A DNA stretch of 64,000 bases from Thainema sp. (GCA_052168235.1 JBQLZK010000034.1:12128-76127), one strand, 5' to 3'; shown: positions 10,047 through 20,135, counted from the first letter of the stretch. The notes: generated by a model from the letters alone, not told the origin. Translations and numbers: made by a program.

Positions 10047-10133
10047 CGGAGAGGGAGGGATTCGAACCCTCGTTAGAGTTACCCCTAAACAGCATTTCCA
10101 GTGCTGCGCCTTCAACCACTCGGCCACCTCTCC
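10047..10133 (-). tRNA. tRNA-Ser (GGA)
   Basis: Minus strand GGAGAGGTGGCCGAGTGGTTGAAGGCGCAGCACTGGAAATGCTG...GAGGGTTCGAATCCCTCCCTCTCCG: acceptor stem, TTCGAA T-loop, long variable arm, GGA anticodon, no encoded CCA. Confidence 0.97.
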
Positions 10134-10334
10134 AGGGGGTATTTAATTGTCGCGTTTGACACGCGAACTTTATCCTAGCAAACTCTGGTACCCGTGAAAA
10201 TGGGCAACCGTAACTTATTTCATTATTTTGCCCAGAAATTTACGCTGGAAATTGTTGCGATCGCACCAAACCCCACAACTTTTGCGTAAGATCAAAGCTG
10301 ACCTGACCGTTATCTGTGTTGGTATTCAGCCTCA

Positions 10335-10721
10335 ATGACTTTATCTAAACCTGCAACCTGCACCCACACCATCCGCATTCGTCATCGTCAACGCGGCGAA
10401 GAATATACGGTGCAAGTCCCCGAAGATCGCTACATTCTACAAACTGCTGAGAACCAAGGAGCCAATCTGCCCTTTTCCTGCCGCAATGGAGCCTGCACAA
10501 GCTGTGCTGTGCGGGTTATTTCAGGTGAACTAGAACAGCCAGAAGCCATGGGGCTATCTCCTGACTTGCGTCGTCAGGGCTATGCGCTGCTGTGCGTCAG
10601 CTATCCCCGCTCTGACTTGGTCGTTGAAACCCAAGACGAAGATGAAGTGTACGAACTCCAGTTTGGTCGCTACTTCGGTAAGGGCAAAGTCCGCTTCGGC
10701 TTACCGTTAGAGGACGATTAA
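10335..10721 (+). CDS. 2Fe-2S ferredoxin with C-terminal extension (Fed2/FdC2-like)
   Basis: CRNGACTSC...LLCV cysteine pattern plus DEDEVYELQFGRYF tail. Confidence 0.9.
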   Translation: MTLSKPATCTHTIRIRHRQRGEEYTVQVPEDRYILQTAENQGANLPFSCRNGACTSCAVRVISGELEQPEAMGLSPDLRRQGYALLCVSYPRSDLVVETQDEDEVYELQFGRYFGKGKVRFGLPLEDD

Positions 10722-10850
10722 ACATGCACATTCAATCAGTTTGATGACAGTTCGATGAGCGGCGCTCACCCTACGGGATTTAAGCGCATCGTTGGGAAAG
10801 AAATCGGGTTCAACTATGATGGCTAAGGCGATCAGTTGAACCCAAGATTT

Positions 10851-11675
10851 ATGTCTGAGCAATATAGCCCTACTGAACTGCAACTTTTTCTCGATATTGC
10901 CACTGAAGCCGCGCTGGCGGGTGGTGCTGTACTTGAAACCTACTGGGGCAACCTGGATACGGTCGAAGAGAAAGGGCGTTCAGGCGATCTGGTCACGATT
11001 GCCGATAAAGAAGCTGAAGCTGCCGTTTTGTCGGTCATTCAGCGCCATTTCCCTGAACACGCCATCCTGGCGGAAGAGTCAGGCAAACTGGGTGACCAAG
11101 CCGCACCGCTGCTCTGGGCGATTGATCCCCTCGACGGCACCACAAACTATGCCCACCAATATCCCTTTTCCTCTACATCCGTTGGCTTATTAATTAATGG
11201 AGTGCCTGCGGTGGGAGCCATTTACGACCCGTTCCACCGCGAGCTGTTCCGGGCCGCCAAAGGACTCGGCGCAACCCGCAACCGCCGCTCCATTCAGGTA
11301 TCGCAAACAGCAGATCTAAAAGATAGCCTGCTGGTAACTGGATTTGCCTACGATCGGCGGGAAACGAACGACAATAACTACGCTGAGTTTTGCCGCTTTA
11401 CCCATCTGACGCAGGGTGTGCGGCGGGGCGGTTCGGCCTCGATTGACTTGGCCTATGTGGCCTGCGGTCGGCTGGATGGCTACTGGGAGCGAGGTCTGTC
11501 GCCGTGGGATTTGGCGGCAGGGGTTGTGATTGTGGAAGAAGCGGGTGGTCAAGTGACGGCGTATGATGGCAGTCCCTTTGATATTCAATCGGGACGCATT
11601 TTGGCTTCTAACGGTCATTTGCACCCAGCCATGCAGGATGTCTTACAGCAGGTACAGCCACTAGAGCGATTTTGA
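10851..11675 (+). CDS. suhB: Inositol monophosphatase family protein
   Basis: LAEES, IDPLDGTTNYAH and PWDLAAG motifs. Confidence 0.9.
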   Translation: MSEQYSPTELQLFLDIATEAALAGGAVLETYWGNLDTVEEKGRSGDLVTIADKEAEAAVLSVIQRHFPEHAILAEESGKLGDQAAPLLWAIDPLDGTTNYAHQYPFSSTSVGLLINGVPAVGAIYDPFHRELFRAAKGLGATRNRRSIQVSQTADLKDSLLVTGFAYDRRETNDNNYAEFCRFTHLTQGVRRGGSASIDLAYVACGRLDGYWERGLSPWDLAAGVVIVEEAGGQVTAYDGSPFDIQSGRILASNGHLHPAMQDVLQQVQPLERF

Positions 11676-11823
11676 TTGATTCATCCCAACCCACGCCCAA
11701 TCAATTGATTGAGATGTTCAATTTTTGATGGAAATCGGCTATTTGACAGCCAACATCGCCCTACAACGCTCCATCTTGTTTCACAATGTAAAGAACTGGG
11801 CCTGTAGAGATTGTTTGGAACGA

Positions 11824-12720
11824 ATGGCGCGCTTTACTCCGACTCTGATTGAAAATCTGACCGAATCGACCTCGATTGCCATGATGAAAAACATGGTGCG
11901 ATCGCAGATTCCCACTCCGCTTTCGGAGCAACCGATCGAAACGGCCTACGTCAAGCAGGGCCAGTCGGACACGCCAATTGTGCTGATTGCGGGGTTTGAC
12001 AGTTCGCTGCTGGAGTTTCGGCGATTGCTGCCGCTGTTGGCGACGGAGGCGGAAACTTGGGCGGTGGACATTCTGGGCTTTGGCTTTACCGATCGGCCCG
12101 CAGATGTCGAGTATTCGCCGGAGGCCATTAAGCTCCATCTGCATGCGTTTTGGCAAACGTTAATCAAGCGTCCGATAGTACTGGTCGGGGCATCAATGGG
12201 CGGGGCAGCGGCGATTGATTTTGCGCTGACCTATCCCGAATGCGTGGCGCAACTGGTGCTGCTGGATAGTGCAGGCTTTGCGGCTGGGCCGGCGATGGGT
12301 AAGCTGATGTTTCCACCGCTGGATCGCTGGGCGACCAATTTCTTAGCCAGTGCCTGGGTGCGGCAAAAGATTAGCGAGAATGCCTACTGCGATCGCGCTT
12401 TTGCCACGGAAGATGCCCGCATCTGTGCGGCACTGCATTTGGAGCATCCCAACTGGGCCAAGGCGCTGATTTCGTTTACCAAGAGCGGCGGCTACAACTT
12501 CCTCAGCGACAAAATTGCCCGAATTTCTCAAGACACGCTGATTATTTGGGGAGAACGCGATCGCATCCTCGGCACGAAAGACGCCCACAAGTTTGAGAAG
12601 ACGGTGGCCAATAGCAAACTGGTCTGGATTCCCAACTGTGGCCATGTGCCGCATCTGGAGAAGCCTCAAGAGACGGCTCAGCCAATTCTAGAGTTTCAGC
12701 GGCAGGGATTGACGGTTTAA
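11824..12720 (+). CDS. Alpha/beta fold hydrolase
   Basis: GASMGG nucleophile elbow, GHVPHLE catalytic His; start probably ATG 11824. Confidence 0.85.
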   Translation: MARFTPTLIENLTESTSIAMMKNMVRSQIPTPLSEQPIETAYVKQGQSDTPIVLIAGFDSSLLEFRRLLPLLATEAETWAVDILGFGFTDRPADVEYSPEAIKLHLHAFWQTLIKRPIVLVGASMGGAAAIDFALTYPECVAQLVLLDSAGFAAGPAMGKLMFPPLDRWATNFLASAWVRQKISENAYCDRAFATEDARICAALHLEHPNWAKALISFTKSGGYNFLSDKIARISQDTLIIWGERDRILGTKDAHKFEKTVANSKLVWIPNCGHVPHLEKPQETAQPILEFQRQGLTV

Positions 12721-13847
12721 GTTGCGCTGCTTGTTTGGTTACTGTGATGGTGGATCACGGGCAAGGGAGAATACGCTTTGTTGGCAGATCCAGCGGCATT
12801 CAAGAATTTATCGATGATTTCCTGCTGATGCAGAATCCGTGCCTCTAGGGGATGAATGGGGCCAGGTGTGTAGACGCCGCTGGCATAACCCCGCTGCACC
12901 TGTTCGGTGATGGCCATGTCTTCAGCCATGAAGGTTTCGAACTCGTCTAGAAGCTGATCGACGGATGAACTGAGAGCGGGGATGCCATATACTTCCAGGT
13001 GAATGGTGCAGGTGTTCACCGTGACTGGATCAATTCGTATCCAAGCCAGGATGCCGTTTGGGAGTGCCAGCAGGTGCAGATTGGGGAAGATACCAAAGGT
13101 GAAAAAGCCGAGGCGGTTGCGATCGCACAAATGCTCCAGTGTCGAATTCTCGGCTCGCCAGCGGGGTGTTGTCGGCGTGTATAGATAATTCACGAAGCGG
13201 TCAAACTGATGTTCGTACTGGTTGACAGGGCCTTGAATCTTGTGCAGCGTGTGGCGATGGGTCACGGCAACGTGATAGTCGCATAGGGTGTTGTCGTGAT
13301 AGACCTTCCAGTTGCAGGCGACGGTGTAAGTTTTGCGAATGAGGGGTTGAGTGTCGGCGGTGCGATAGCCCTGAATGGTTTCTGGGATGGGTGATAAGAA
13401 CTCGGCCAGAGGCGGTGCGTCGGCATCAAAGCTGATGAAGGCAAAATTGGCCCAGGTTTCAAGTCGAACGGCGTGAAGGGAATAGTCAGCTAAGCAAAAG
13501 TCTGCTGGAAACTGCTGCTGCGCGGCGGTACCAATCAGTTCGCCGTCTAGGGAGTAAACCCAGGCGTGATAAGGGCAGACGAGGTGCTTGGCGGATTGGG
13601 GAGTGCTGGACTGGCAGAAGGCGGCAGCGCGATGCGGGCAAACGTTGTGGTAGGCGCGCAGATCGCCGGATTGGGTTCTGACCAACAGGATGCTGCGGTT
13701 GGCAATGTCGATGGTTTGGACGGTGCTGGGGGCGAGGTGCAGGCTGTCGCCGATGTAGAGCCAGGTGCGATGGAAGATGTGGGTTTGTTCGAGGGGTGGA
13801 ATGGTGGGGGAGGTGTAGAGGTGGGGGGGAAGGAGGAAGGTTGGCAT
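12717..13847 (-). CDS. Rieske non-heme iron oxygenase alpha subunit (choline monooxygenase/CntA-like group)
   Basis: Rieske motif CPHR...CPYHAW; mononuclear Fe motif NWKVYHDNTLCDYHVAVTH; C-terminal EDMAITEQVQRG. Confidence 0.9.
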   Translation of the reverse strand: MPTFLLPPHLYTSPTIPPLEQTHIFHRTWLYIGDSLHLAPSTVQTIDIANRSILLVRTQSGDLRAYHNVCPHRAAAFCQSSTPQSAKHLVCPYHAWVYSLDGELIGTAAQQQFPADFCLADYSLHAVRLETWANFAFISFDADAPPLAEFLSPIPETIQGYRTADTQPLIRKTYTVACNWKVYHDNTLCDYHVAVTHRHTLHKIQGPVNQYEHQFDRFVNYLYTPTTPRWRAENSTLEHLCDRNRLGFFTFGIFPNLHLLALPNGILAWIRIDPVTVNTCTIHLEVYGIPALSSSVDQLLDEFETFMAEDMAITEQVQRGYASGVYTPGPIHPLEARILHQQEIIDKFLNAAGSANKAYSPLPVIHHHSNQTSSAT

Positions 13848-13849
13848 TG

Positions 13850-14200
13850 GGAGATGCTACTGGGGAGGGTTAGTTGGGAGATGTTGGTTGGAAGATGTTA
13901 GTTGGGTGTTAGAGGTTGGTTCTGAGGGGACTAGCCCCCTCAGACTCCCCCACTGGTGCGTTCCGACGCCCCAGGCCCCCCCGGACGAGTTGATCGGTAG
14001 GTCGTGTCACAGCGCTTCGCTTTGCTGGAGTGATCGGGCGTTACCTGTGAAGGCTTCCAAGGTTTGGCGTTCCGCCAAACCGCTACACATCACAGATAGC
14101 TGTTGATGCTCACAGGTTATTTGTTTGGAGGGGGTCTGGGGGACGCAACCGTCCTCCAGCGGGGGCGTGGGGGCAAGCCGCCCCCACAAACGGGGTTTTC
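13850..14200. repeat. Intergenic repeat cluster: degenerate 14-bp tandem repeats plus GC-rich hairpin (MITE-like) element
   Basis: GTTAGTTGGGAGAT/GTTGGTTGGAAGAT/GTTAGTTGGG; imperfect hairpins around TCTGAGGGGACTAGCCCCCTCAGA and GTGGGGGCAAGCCGCCCCCAC. Confidence 0.55.
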
Positions 14201-14233
14201 GCAACAAATTAGCTATCCTATCGCAAACATTCC

Positions 14234-15007
14234 CTAACCCTTCACTGTGGCAACTTCCCTTCCCCTCAGCAAATCCATAATTTCCTCCCGATACGTGTGA
14301 AACTTCGATAGTCGCTTAACGTGATAAGTGCGATCGCACGGTAAATCTATCTCAAACTCCTGCTGCACGGTTCCTGGACGAGCCGACAGCACATAGATCC
14401 GCTGAGAGAGGAAAACCGCTTCTTCGACATCGTGGGTAATCATTAAAATACTGGTGCCTGTTTGTCGCCAGAGGTCAAGCAAAAACTCCTGCATGGATTC
14501 TTTAGTTTGTACGTCCAATGCCCCGAAGGGTTCATCCATCAGCAAAATTTTGGGCTGGCAGGCCAGAGCACGTGCGATCGCAACTCGCTGTTTCATGCCG
14601 CCAGAAAGTTCTTTGGGTAGAGAACCGGCAAATTGAGTCAGGCCGACGACATTGAGATAGTAGGAGGCGCGTTGGCGACGTTCGGCTTTATCGATGCCTT
14701 GTAGTTTGAGGCCAAATTCGACGTTTTTCTGGACGGTCATCCAGGGATAAAGGGTGTAGCTTTGGAACACCATGCCTCGGTCGGCTCCTGGGCCAATTAC
14801 GGGTTGGCCATCGACGATGATTTCGCCGGAGGTAGGCTGATCGAGTCCGGCCACCAAGCGTAGCAGGGTGGATTTACCGGAGCCGGATGCGCCAACAACG
14901 CAGACAAATTCGCCCGTTTCCACATGAAGGTTAATGTCCTTCAGCGCTACTAGGGTGCCGTTATGAACGGGAAACTGCTTATAGAGGTGGTTAATTTCGA
15001 GGTGCAT
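14234..15007 (-). CDS. NitT/TauT-family ABC transporter ATPase (guanidine operon)
   Basis: GASGSGKST, LSGGMKQR, LLMDEPFGALD; operon position. Confidence 0.9.
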   Translation of the reverse strand: MHLEINHLYKQFPVHNGTLVALKDINLHVETGEFVCVVGASGSGKSTLLRLVAGLDQPTSGEIIVDGQPVIGPGADRGMVFQSYTLYPWMTVQKNVEFGLKLQGIDKAERRQRASYYLNVVGLTQFAGSLPKELSGGMKQRVAIARALACQPKILLMDEPFGALDVQTKESMQEFLLDLWRQTGTSILMITHDVEEAVFLSQRIYVLSARPGTVQQEFEIDLPCDRTYHVKRLSKFHTYREEIMDLLRGREVATVKG

Positions 15008-15066
15008 AATCGATTCAAAATACTAAACAAAATAGGAGCGGAATTTATATCAATTCGGTGAGTCTC

Positions 15067-15142
15067 GTAGGTTGGATTTCGCGTTGCTCAACCCAACATT
15101 TTCAGGGCTTGTTGGGTTTCGTTATCACTCAACCCAACCTAC
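15067..15142. repeat. GTAG-type REP doublet
   Basis: GTAGGTTGGATTTC...CTCAACCCAAC paired with inverted GTTGGGTTTC...TCAACCCAACCTAC; similar copies at 48896-48924 and 63903-63933. Confidence 0.75.
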
Positions 15143-15158
15143 AAAATTGATGACTAGC

Positions 15159-15998
15159 TCAAAATGCCCATTTACAGGTAAATTTCAAGAGCTGACGAAA
15201 GAAGAGATCTAGGCCAAAACCAATCAGCCCCAGCACAATCAAGCAGGCAAAAATCTCATCGGTGTTGAGGAACTTCTGAGCGAGCACAATGCGCTTACCG
15301 AGGCCAACTTCGGCGGCGAGCAGTTCCGCTACGACCACCAGGTTCCAAGATGTGGCGATGTTGATCCGGAAGGCGTCAATGATGCTGGGCACCACGTATG
15401 GCGTAATCACTTGAAACAACACCTGAGACCGTCTGCCGCCGAGAGTGTAGGTGGATTCAATCAGGTCTTTGGGCACGAACTTGACCGCATCCATAATCAT
15501 CAGGATGTTGAAAAATAATGTTCCGATAAAAATCAGCGCGATCTTGGGGGCTTCACCAATGCCCAGGTAGATGATCAGTAACGGAATAAACGCGGGCGCA
15601 GGCATGTAGCGGAGGATGCCGCTGATCGGTTCAAACAGCGATCGCACACTAGCAAAGGCTCCCATTGCAATACCAATCGGCGTAGCAATGATGGCTGAAA
15701 GCAAAAAGCCAATGCTGACCCGCGCAAAGCTCGCACCAATGTCCTGCAAGAGAAAGCCTCGCTCCCAAAGGCTAACCAAGGCAGCAATCACATCAGCGGG
15801 ACTGGGCAGAAAAACGGGATCAATTTCAGTAAACGCGGTTAGCACCCACCACAGGGTTAGGGGAATCGCAACCGATAAGATCATTAACGTCCAATTGAGG
15901 GACGCTGGAATGGCTTCTGCAATCCGCCAAAAAACCGTGGGTCTGAGCTGTCCAGCAGGTACGCTCAAGGATTTAGCGGGACCAAAGTCAGGATTCAT
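15159..15998 (-). CDS. NitT/TauT-family ABC transporter permease (guanidine operon)
   Basis: FLPSP, RYMPAPAFIPL, EAA-like loop, VVAELLAAEVGLG. Confidence 0.9.
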   Translation of the reverse strand: MNPDFGPAKSLSVPAGQLRPTVFWRIAEAIPASLNWTLMILSVAIPLTLWWVLTAFTEIDPVFLPSPADVIAALVSLWERGFLLQDIGASFARVSIGFLLSAIIATPIGIAMGAFASVRSLFEPISGILRYMPAPAFIPLLIIYLGIGEAPKIALIFIGTLFFNILMIMDAVKFVPKDLIESTYTLGGRRSQVLFQVITPYVVPSIIDAFRINIATSWNLVVVAELLAAEVGLGKRIVLAQKFLNTDEIFACLIVLGLIGFGLDLFFRQLLKFTCKWAF

Positions 15999-16129
15999 GA
16001 TTAGAAATTAAAAATAAGTGTGCGAGGAAGCTGGGTAAGGGCGAAAGGCATTTCGCCCTCAAATAACAGGAATTCAAAAATAGGTTGTCTAAGGATTGTG
16101 GATTAAATAGCCTGTAAACCGTTCTGTCC

Positions 16130-16158
16130 GTAGGGATACGGCATTGCCGTGTCCCTAC
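16130..16158. repeat. GTAG-type REP palindrome
   Basis: GTAGGGATACGGCATTGCCGTGTCCCTAC; related copy at 55639-55666. Confidence 0.75.
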
Positions 16159-16218
16159 CCAAAGATTTCACTCGTTAAAACCCGCCTTTACAGGGTGTAC
16201 GACAGGGGCACTAACGAC

Positions 16219-17268
16219 TTAACCTGCCTGCGTCGCGGCGTATGCCTCAACAAAACGGCTATCGAAAAGAGTGGTCAGATCAGGTGCTTCGGGAATAAAA
16301 CCAACATCCACCATGAAATTGGCCATTTCTTGAGCGGCATAGGGCATGTGCGTCATGTCATCGCCATCGCTAAAAGCCTCTAGGTTGTCCTCAAGTGTGA
16401 ACATCCTGGTGCCTTCTTTCAGCATTTGCAGCTCTTCAATCGAGACATTGGCGCGGGCAGCCATGATTTCGTCGGCCCGTTCGGGATTCTCTTCCATAAA
16501 GGCGAGAATATCGAACCAGGTATTGACCATTGCTTGCGCTTGATCAGGCCGCTCGTCAACTAGCGTTTGAGTCAACACGAGTAGGTCAGGAATCGCTCCC
16601 GGATATTCTGCGGACGACAGCAATTCTTTGCTACCTTCTCGCTTCAGCGCCGTCAGCCAAAAGGGAGGAAACGCACCTACGGCATCCACTTGGCCAGCGG
16701 CAAAGGCGGCAGCAGCAGCGCCCGTTTCTAGATCAACAATTTCCACATCATCACGGGACATACCATTCTCTTCCAGGGCCAGCGTCAGCAAAAAATCATC
16801 GACGACGCCTGCTTCCACGGCCACTTTTTTGCCTGACAAGTCCTGAATCGAATTGATGTCTTCCGTGACGATAATCTTGTCGTTGCCAGCGGAGTTGTCG
16901 TTCACCAAGACAACAACCTCGCCATTCACGGCGTCAGCGGCAAAGGAAATGGTGTCGTTCAGCGTTTGACAGTTGCCGTCAAGCTGTCCGGCGGCCAAAG
17001 CCTCCATTGACGCCAGATAGCCGTCGAACCACTTCAGCTCCACATTGGCTCCGTTTTGCTCAAATAGCCCTTCCTCTTCCGCGATCGCCCACGGCCACCA
17101 GCCCGCCCAGTTGCTATAGCCAATGACAATCGTTTCTCCGGCGGGAGCGGGAGCCACTGCATCGGGCGATTCGCTCGTCTCTTGGTTTCTGGGTGTACAG
17201 CCAACTGCGATCGCAGTTGCCAGCACAAACATGACGCAAAGCGAAAGGAGTCTGCGTAACTTCATCAA
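16219..17268 (-). CDS. ABC transporter substrate-binding lipoprotein (likely guanidine-binding, Sll1080-like)
   Basis: Signal peptide with AVGC lipobox; GYSNWAGWWPW; position in the gdmH operon. Confidence 0.85.
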   Translation of the reverse strand: MMKLRRLLSLCVMFVLATAIAVGCTPRNQETSESPDAVAPAPAGETIVIGYSNWAGWWPWAIAEEEGLFEQNGANVELKWFDGYLASMEALAAGQLDGNCQTLNDTISFAADAVNGEVVVLVNDNSAGNDKIIVTEDINSIQDLSGKKVAVEAGVVDDFLLTLALEENGMSRDDVEIVDLETGAAAAAFAAGQVDAVGAFPPFWLTALKREGSKELLSSAEYPGAIPDLLVLTQTLVDERPDQAQAMVNTWFDILAFMEENPERADEIMAARANVSIEELQMLKEGTRMFTLEDNLEAFSDGDDMTHMPYAAQEMANFMVDVGFIPEAPDLTTLFDSRFVEAYAATQAG

Positions 17269-17376
17269 CTTTCCTCAAAAACAAAACTTCAATCACAGAG
17301 AACACGCAACAGGTCACCCACAACAGCCAATCCACCTTTGAACCCAATCCAAAAATCGGCAATCCAAAATCCAAAA

Positions 17377-18069
17377 TCAAATCAAGGCAGGTTCAGTTTG
17401 GTGGATCAGGTGAGATCGCACCCAGTCGTACCAGCTATCTAACCCTTCGCCTGTTTTGGTCGAAACCGGGATAATCGCGCAGTGGGGATTCATCTGGCGG
17501 ACGTTGGCTTCAATTTGGGCCAAGTCCACATCTAGGTAAGGCACAAGATCAATTTTGGTGATCAGCAGACAGTTAGCTTCTTGGAACATCACCGGATATT
17601 TCAGCGGTTTGTCCTCTCCTTCTGTGACGCTCAGGAGTGCGACCTTGGCGTGTTCGCCCACTTCAAACTCGGCTGGGCACACAAGATTGCCAACGTTTTC
17701 CACCAGCACCAGGTCAAACTGATTGGGATCGTACTGGTGGCTGAGCTGATGAATGCCGCCCGCCACCATCTTGGAATCGAGATGGCAAGAGCGTCCGGTG
17801 TTGATAGCAATCACGGGTACACCATGCTGCCGGATGCGTTCGGCATCCAGTTCCGTGGTCATATCGCCTTCAATCACGGCAATCTTCAAATCAGCGCTCA
17901 GTGTGGCAATGGTGCGCTCTAGCAGTGCAGTTTTGCCTGCTCCTGGGCTGCTCATAACGTTGAAGCAGGTGATACCCCACTCGTCGAAATGTTCGCGGTT
18001 GTGATCGGCTCCTTCCTGATTCGCATGGAGCAGATTAATTCCCAGAGCGGCGTCTACGGTTTGATGCAT
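17377..18069 (-). CDS. hypB: HypB-like Ni-insertion GTPase (GhaB-type maturase for guanidine hydrolase)
   Basis: [36 protein letters not shown]. Confidence 0.92.
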   Translation of the reverse strand: MHQTVDAALGINLLHANQEGADHNREHFDEWGITCFNVMSSPGAGKTALLERTIATLSADLKIAVIEGDMTTELDAERIRQHGVPVIAINTGRSCHLDSKMVAGGIHQLSHQYDPNQFDLVLVENVGNLVCPAEFEVGEHAKVALLSVTEGEDKPLKYPVMFQEANCLLITKIDLVPYLDVDLAQIEANVRQMNPHCAIIPVSTKTGEGLDSWYDWVRSHLIHQTEPALI

Positions 18070-18152
18070 AAGAATACAGCGTTAACGGTGTTGATTTCGA
18101 AAAATTGAACAAAATACGGTCTTGGTGAGGCTGAAATGGCTTAAGCGAGTGA

Positions 18153-18521
18153 TTACGGCGAATAGCTCGCAGCAGTGGCATATTCCACCCGATCAATTTT
18201 CAGCTCACGGCCCGAACGGATATCTTCCATCGGGCTGCCGCAGTCGGGGCAGGCGTAGCGCAGGCCAATTTCGGGCTGATACTCCTGCTGGCAGGGATGA
18301 CAATAGGCAATCAGTGGCACATCTTGAATCACCAATTCGGCTCCGTCTAAAAACGTGCCGCGCGTTTGGGCATCAAAGGCAAACTGGAGACCAGCGGGTT
18401 CCACGCAGGTAAACTGCCCCACGACCAGATGCACCTTCGCAATGGGCTGCTGCTCCGCTTGCGACTCCCACCAGTCGCGCAGGGTGATAATCAGCGCTTT
18501 GGTCATATCAACTTCATGCAT
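18153..18521 (-). CDS. hypA: HypA-like Ni metallochaperone (GhaA-type)
   Basis: N-terminal MHE, CHPC...CPDC zinc site, SGRELKI. Confidence 0.92.
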   Translation of the reverse strand: MHEVDMTKALIITLRDWWESQAEQQPIAKVHLVVGQFTCVEPAGLQFAFDAQTRGTFLDGAELVIQDVPLIAYCHPCQQEYQPEIGLRYACPDCGSPMEDIRSGRELKIDRVEYATAASYSP

Positions 18522-18531
18522 GGGTCATCTC

Positions 18532-19719
18532 CTACTGCCACGGTTCATCGACAACTTGCGCTTCCTCATGGATGTAGTTAGGTTTGCCGTTGCGCGGTAG
18601 CTGACCGGACAGCACCAAATGCGCCATCGTGTCGCAAATCACGCGGGTCGCCATTAGCGAGGTCATGTCGCTGACATCGTAGGGTGGGGACACTTCTACG
18701 ACTTCGAGGCCGCAAACAGGAGCTTTTTGCACAATTTTGCCCAGTAGATACAGTGCCTCGCGCGGCAGCAGGCCACCGGGTTCTGGCCAGCCCGTTCCAG
18801 GGACGAATCCGGCATCAATACAGTCAATATCGAAGCTAATCCACACGCAGTCGGTACCATCTAGCGCTCGCTCTAAGGCAAAATCTACGGCGGCATCTAG
18901 CCCCATTTCTGTAATATCGGTGACGGTCAGGATATTGGTGCTGCGCTCTCGGCAAACTTTCACGCCGGGGCGAGGCACTTGCCAGCCGCCAATTCCCAGT
19001 TGCACTAGGTTCTTTGCAGGCGCGTTGGCCATGTTGGTCGCATGGAACCAGGGGCAGGTGTGCATCCGCTCATCCAAGTCCGTTTCCTGTGTATCCACAT
19101 GGCGGTCAAAGTGGATAATGCCAACTTTCTTGTCGCCCAGGTGACGGCAAACGCCCCGCACTGTGGGGAAGCCAATGGAGTGGTCGCCGCCTAGGATGAT
19201 GGGGAACGCGCCGGAGCTGAAAATATGGGAAATGCCTTTGGAAATTTGGTCGAACGACTTTTCGTTATTCGCCGGAATCGTGAAGATATCGCCCACGTCG
19301 CACAGGGTAATTTGCTCCCGCAGATCCACGCCTAGCTCGAAGTTGTAGGGCGTATACAGGGCTGAAATCCGCCGAATGCCCTGTGGCCCAAACCGCGTAC
19401 CGGGTCGATAGGTCGTGCCGGAATCGTGGGGCACCCCCACAATCGCCACATCGTACTCGCCCACCTTCCGCACGTCTTCTAGATAGGGCGCTTTCAAAAA
19501 AGTATTGATGCCTGCAAAGTGAGGCAGTTCGCCTCGTGAGAAGGTAGAAATTGTGCGATCGCGGATGCTCTCAGCTGCTTCCAGACCATACTCTAAGCCT
19601 TTGGACACTTCCTGCTGCCAGCCCGTCATCGGCAGCTGGGTTTCTTTTTGTAAGGCTCGTTGAGCTTCGGTATCCCCTGGATTTTGAAACAATGATTCGT
19701 CAGTCATGAACTCAGGCAC
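18532..19719 (-). CDS. gdmH: Ni-dependent guanidine hydrolase (ureohydrolase family, Sll1077-like)
   Basis: GGDHS, HFDRHVD, SFDIDCIDAGFVPGTGWPEPGG; long N-terminal extension; followed by hypA/hypB/ABC genes and preceded by a ykkC riboswitch. Start may be ATG 19707. Confidence 0.88.
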   Translation of the reverse strand: MPEFMTDESLFQNPGDTEAQRALQKETQLPMTGWQQEVSKGLEYGLEAAESIRDRTISTFSRGELPHFAGINTFLKAPYLEDVRKVGEYDVAIVGVPHDSGTTYRPGTRFGPQGIRRISALYTPYNFELGVDLREQITLCDVGDIFTIPANNEKSFDQISKGISHIFSSGAFPIILGGDHSIGFPTVRGVCRHLGDKKVGIIHFDRHVDTQETDLDERMHTCPWFHATNMANAPAKNLVQLGIGGWQVPRPGVKVCRERSTNILTVTDITEMGLDAAVDFALERALDGTDCVWISFDIDCIDAGFVPGTGWPEPGGLLPREALYLLGKIVQKAPVCGLEVVEVSPPYDVSDMTSLMATRVICDTMAHLVLSGQLPRNGKPNYIHEEAQVVDEPWQ

Positions 19720-19816
19720 CTAAATAAATTGGGTCGAATCTGTTATAGGTCAATGCCAGCAATCGCGAGCGAAAATTTTGCCCCAGATTCCCATTCAATC
19801 AACAAAAATTAGCTAC

Positions 19817-19872
19817 AAAAAAACCGGGGAAACGCAAACAAAGCTGCTAACCTTGCTGCTGTTTCTCCCGGG
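19817..19872 (-). terminator. Intrinsic terminator of the riboswitch expression platform
   Basis: Minus strand CCGGGAGAAAC...GTTTCCCCGG followed by a T run; its 5' arm overlaps the 3' end of the aptamer (ON-switch layout). Confidence 0.8.
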
Positions 19873-20098
19873 CTTTTATCCCGCCGTGTGACCAAGTTTG
19901 TCACGTCAACTGGTGCAAATTACTTGGCTGCCCCTCTTGGACCAGACACGATGGCTATATCTTGCAAATCCGTCAATAAAAACCGAGTAATAGTTTGGAT
20001 GAGAGGCAGACTTCGCCTGCCTCTCATCCAAACTATGCTGGGATCTCATAACCGGAACTTGCATGAGACATTGCTAAAGCCGGAACCCTAGAAGCAAT
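19864..20098 (-). ncRNA. Guanidine-I (ykkC-yxkD) riboswitch
   Basis: Minus strand TGCTTCTAGGGTTCCG...CTGGTCCAAGAGGGGCA...ACACGGCGGGATAAAAGCCCGGGAG matches the ykkC consensus blocks; sits upstream of gdmH. Confidence 0.9.
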
Positions 20099-20135
20099 TT
20101 TGGATGAATTAAAGAGTTTGAGTTGTCTAGTCCAA

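Noticed and set aside
10047..10133. tRNA-anchored integrative element
   Set aside because: No duplicated tRNA 3' end or integrase seen; flanking genes look like core genes
10335..10721. Dedicated electron donor for the nearby Rieske oxygenase
   Set aside because: It looks like the conserved Fed2/FdC2 type, on the opposite strand in a separate unit
17340..17380. AATCCAA heptamer repeats as a regulatory site
   Set aside because: Typical cyanobacterial short tandem repeat
17377..18521. Hydrogenase maturation locus
   Set aside because: No hydrogenase or other hyp genes; context indicates Ni delivery to the guanidine hydrolase
18532..19719. Agmatinase speB
   Set aside because: Riboswitch, Ni chaperones and the GTGWPEPGG motif favour GdmH
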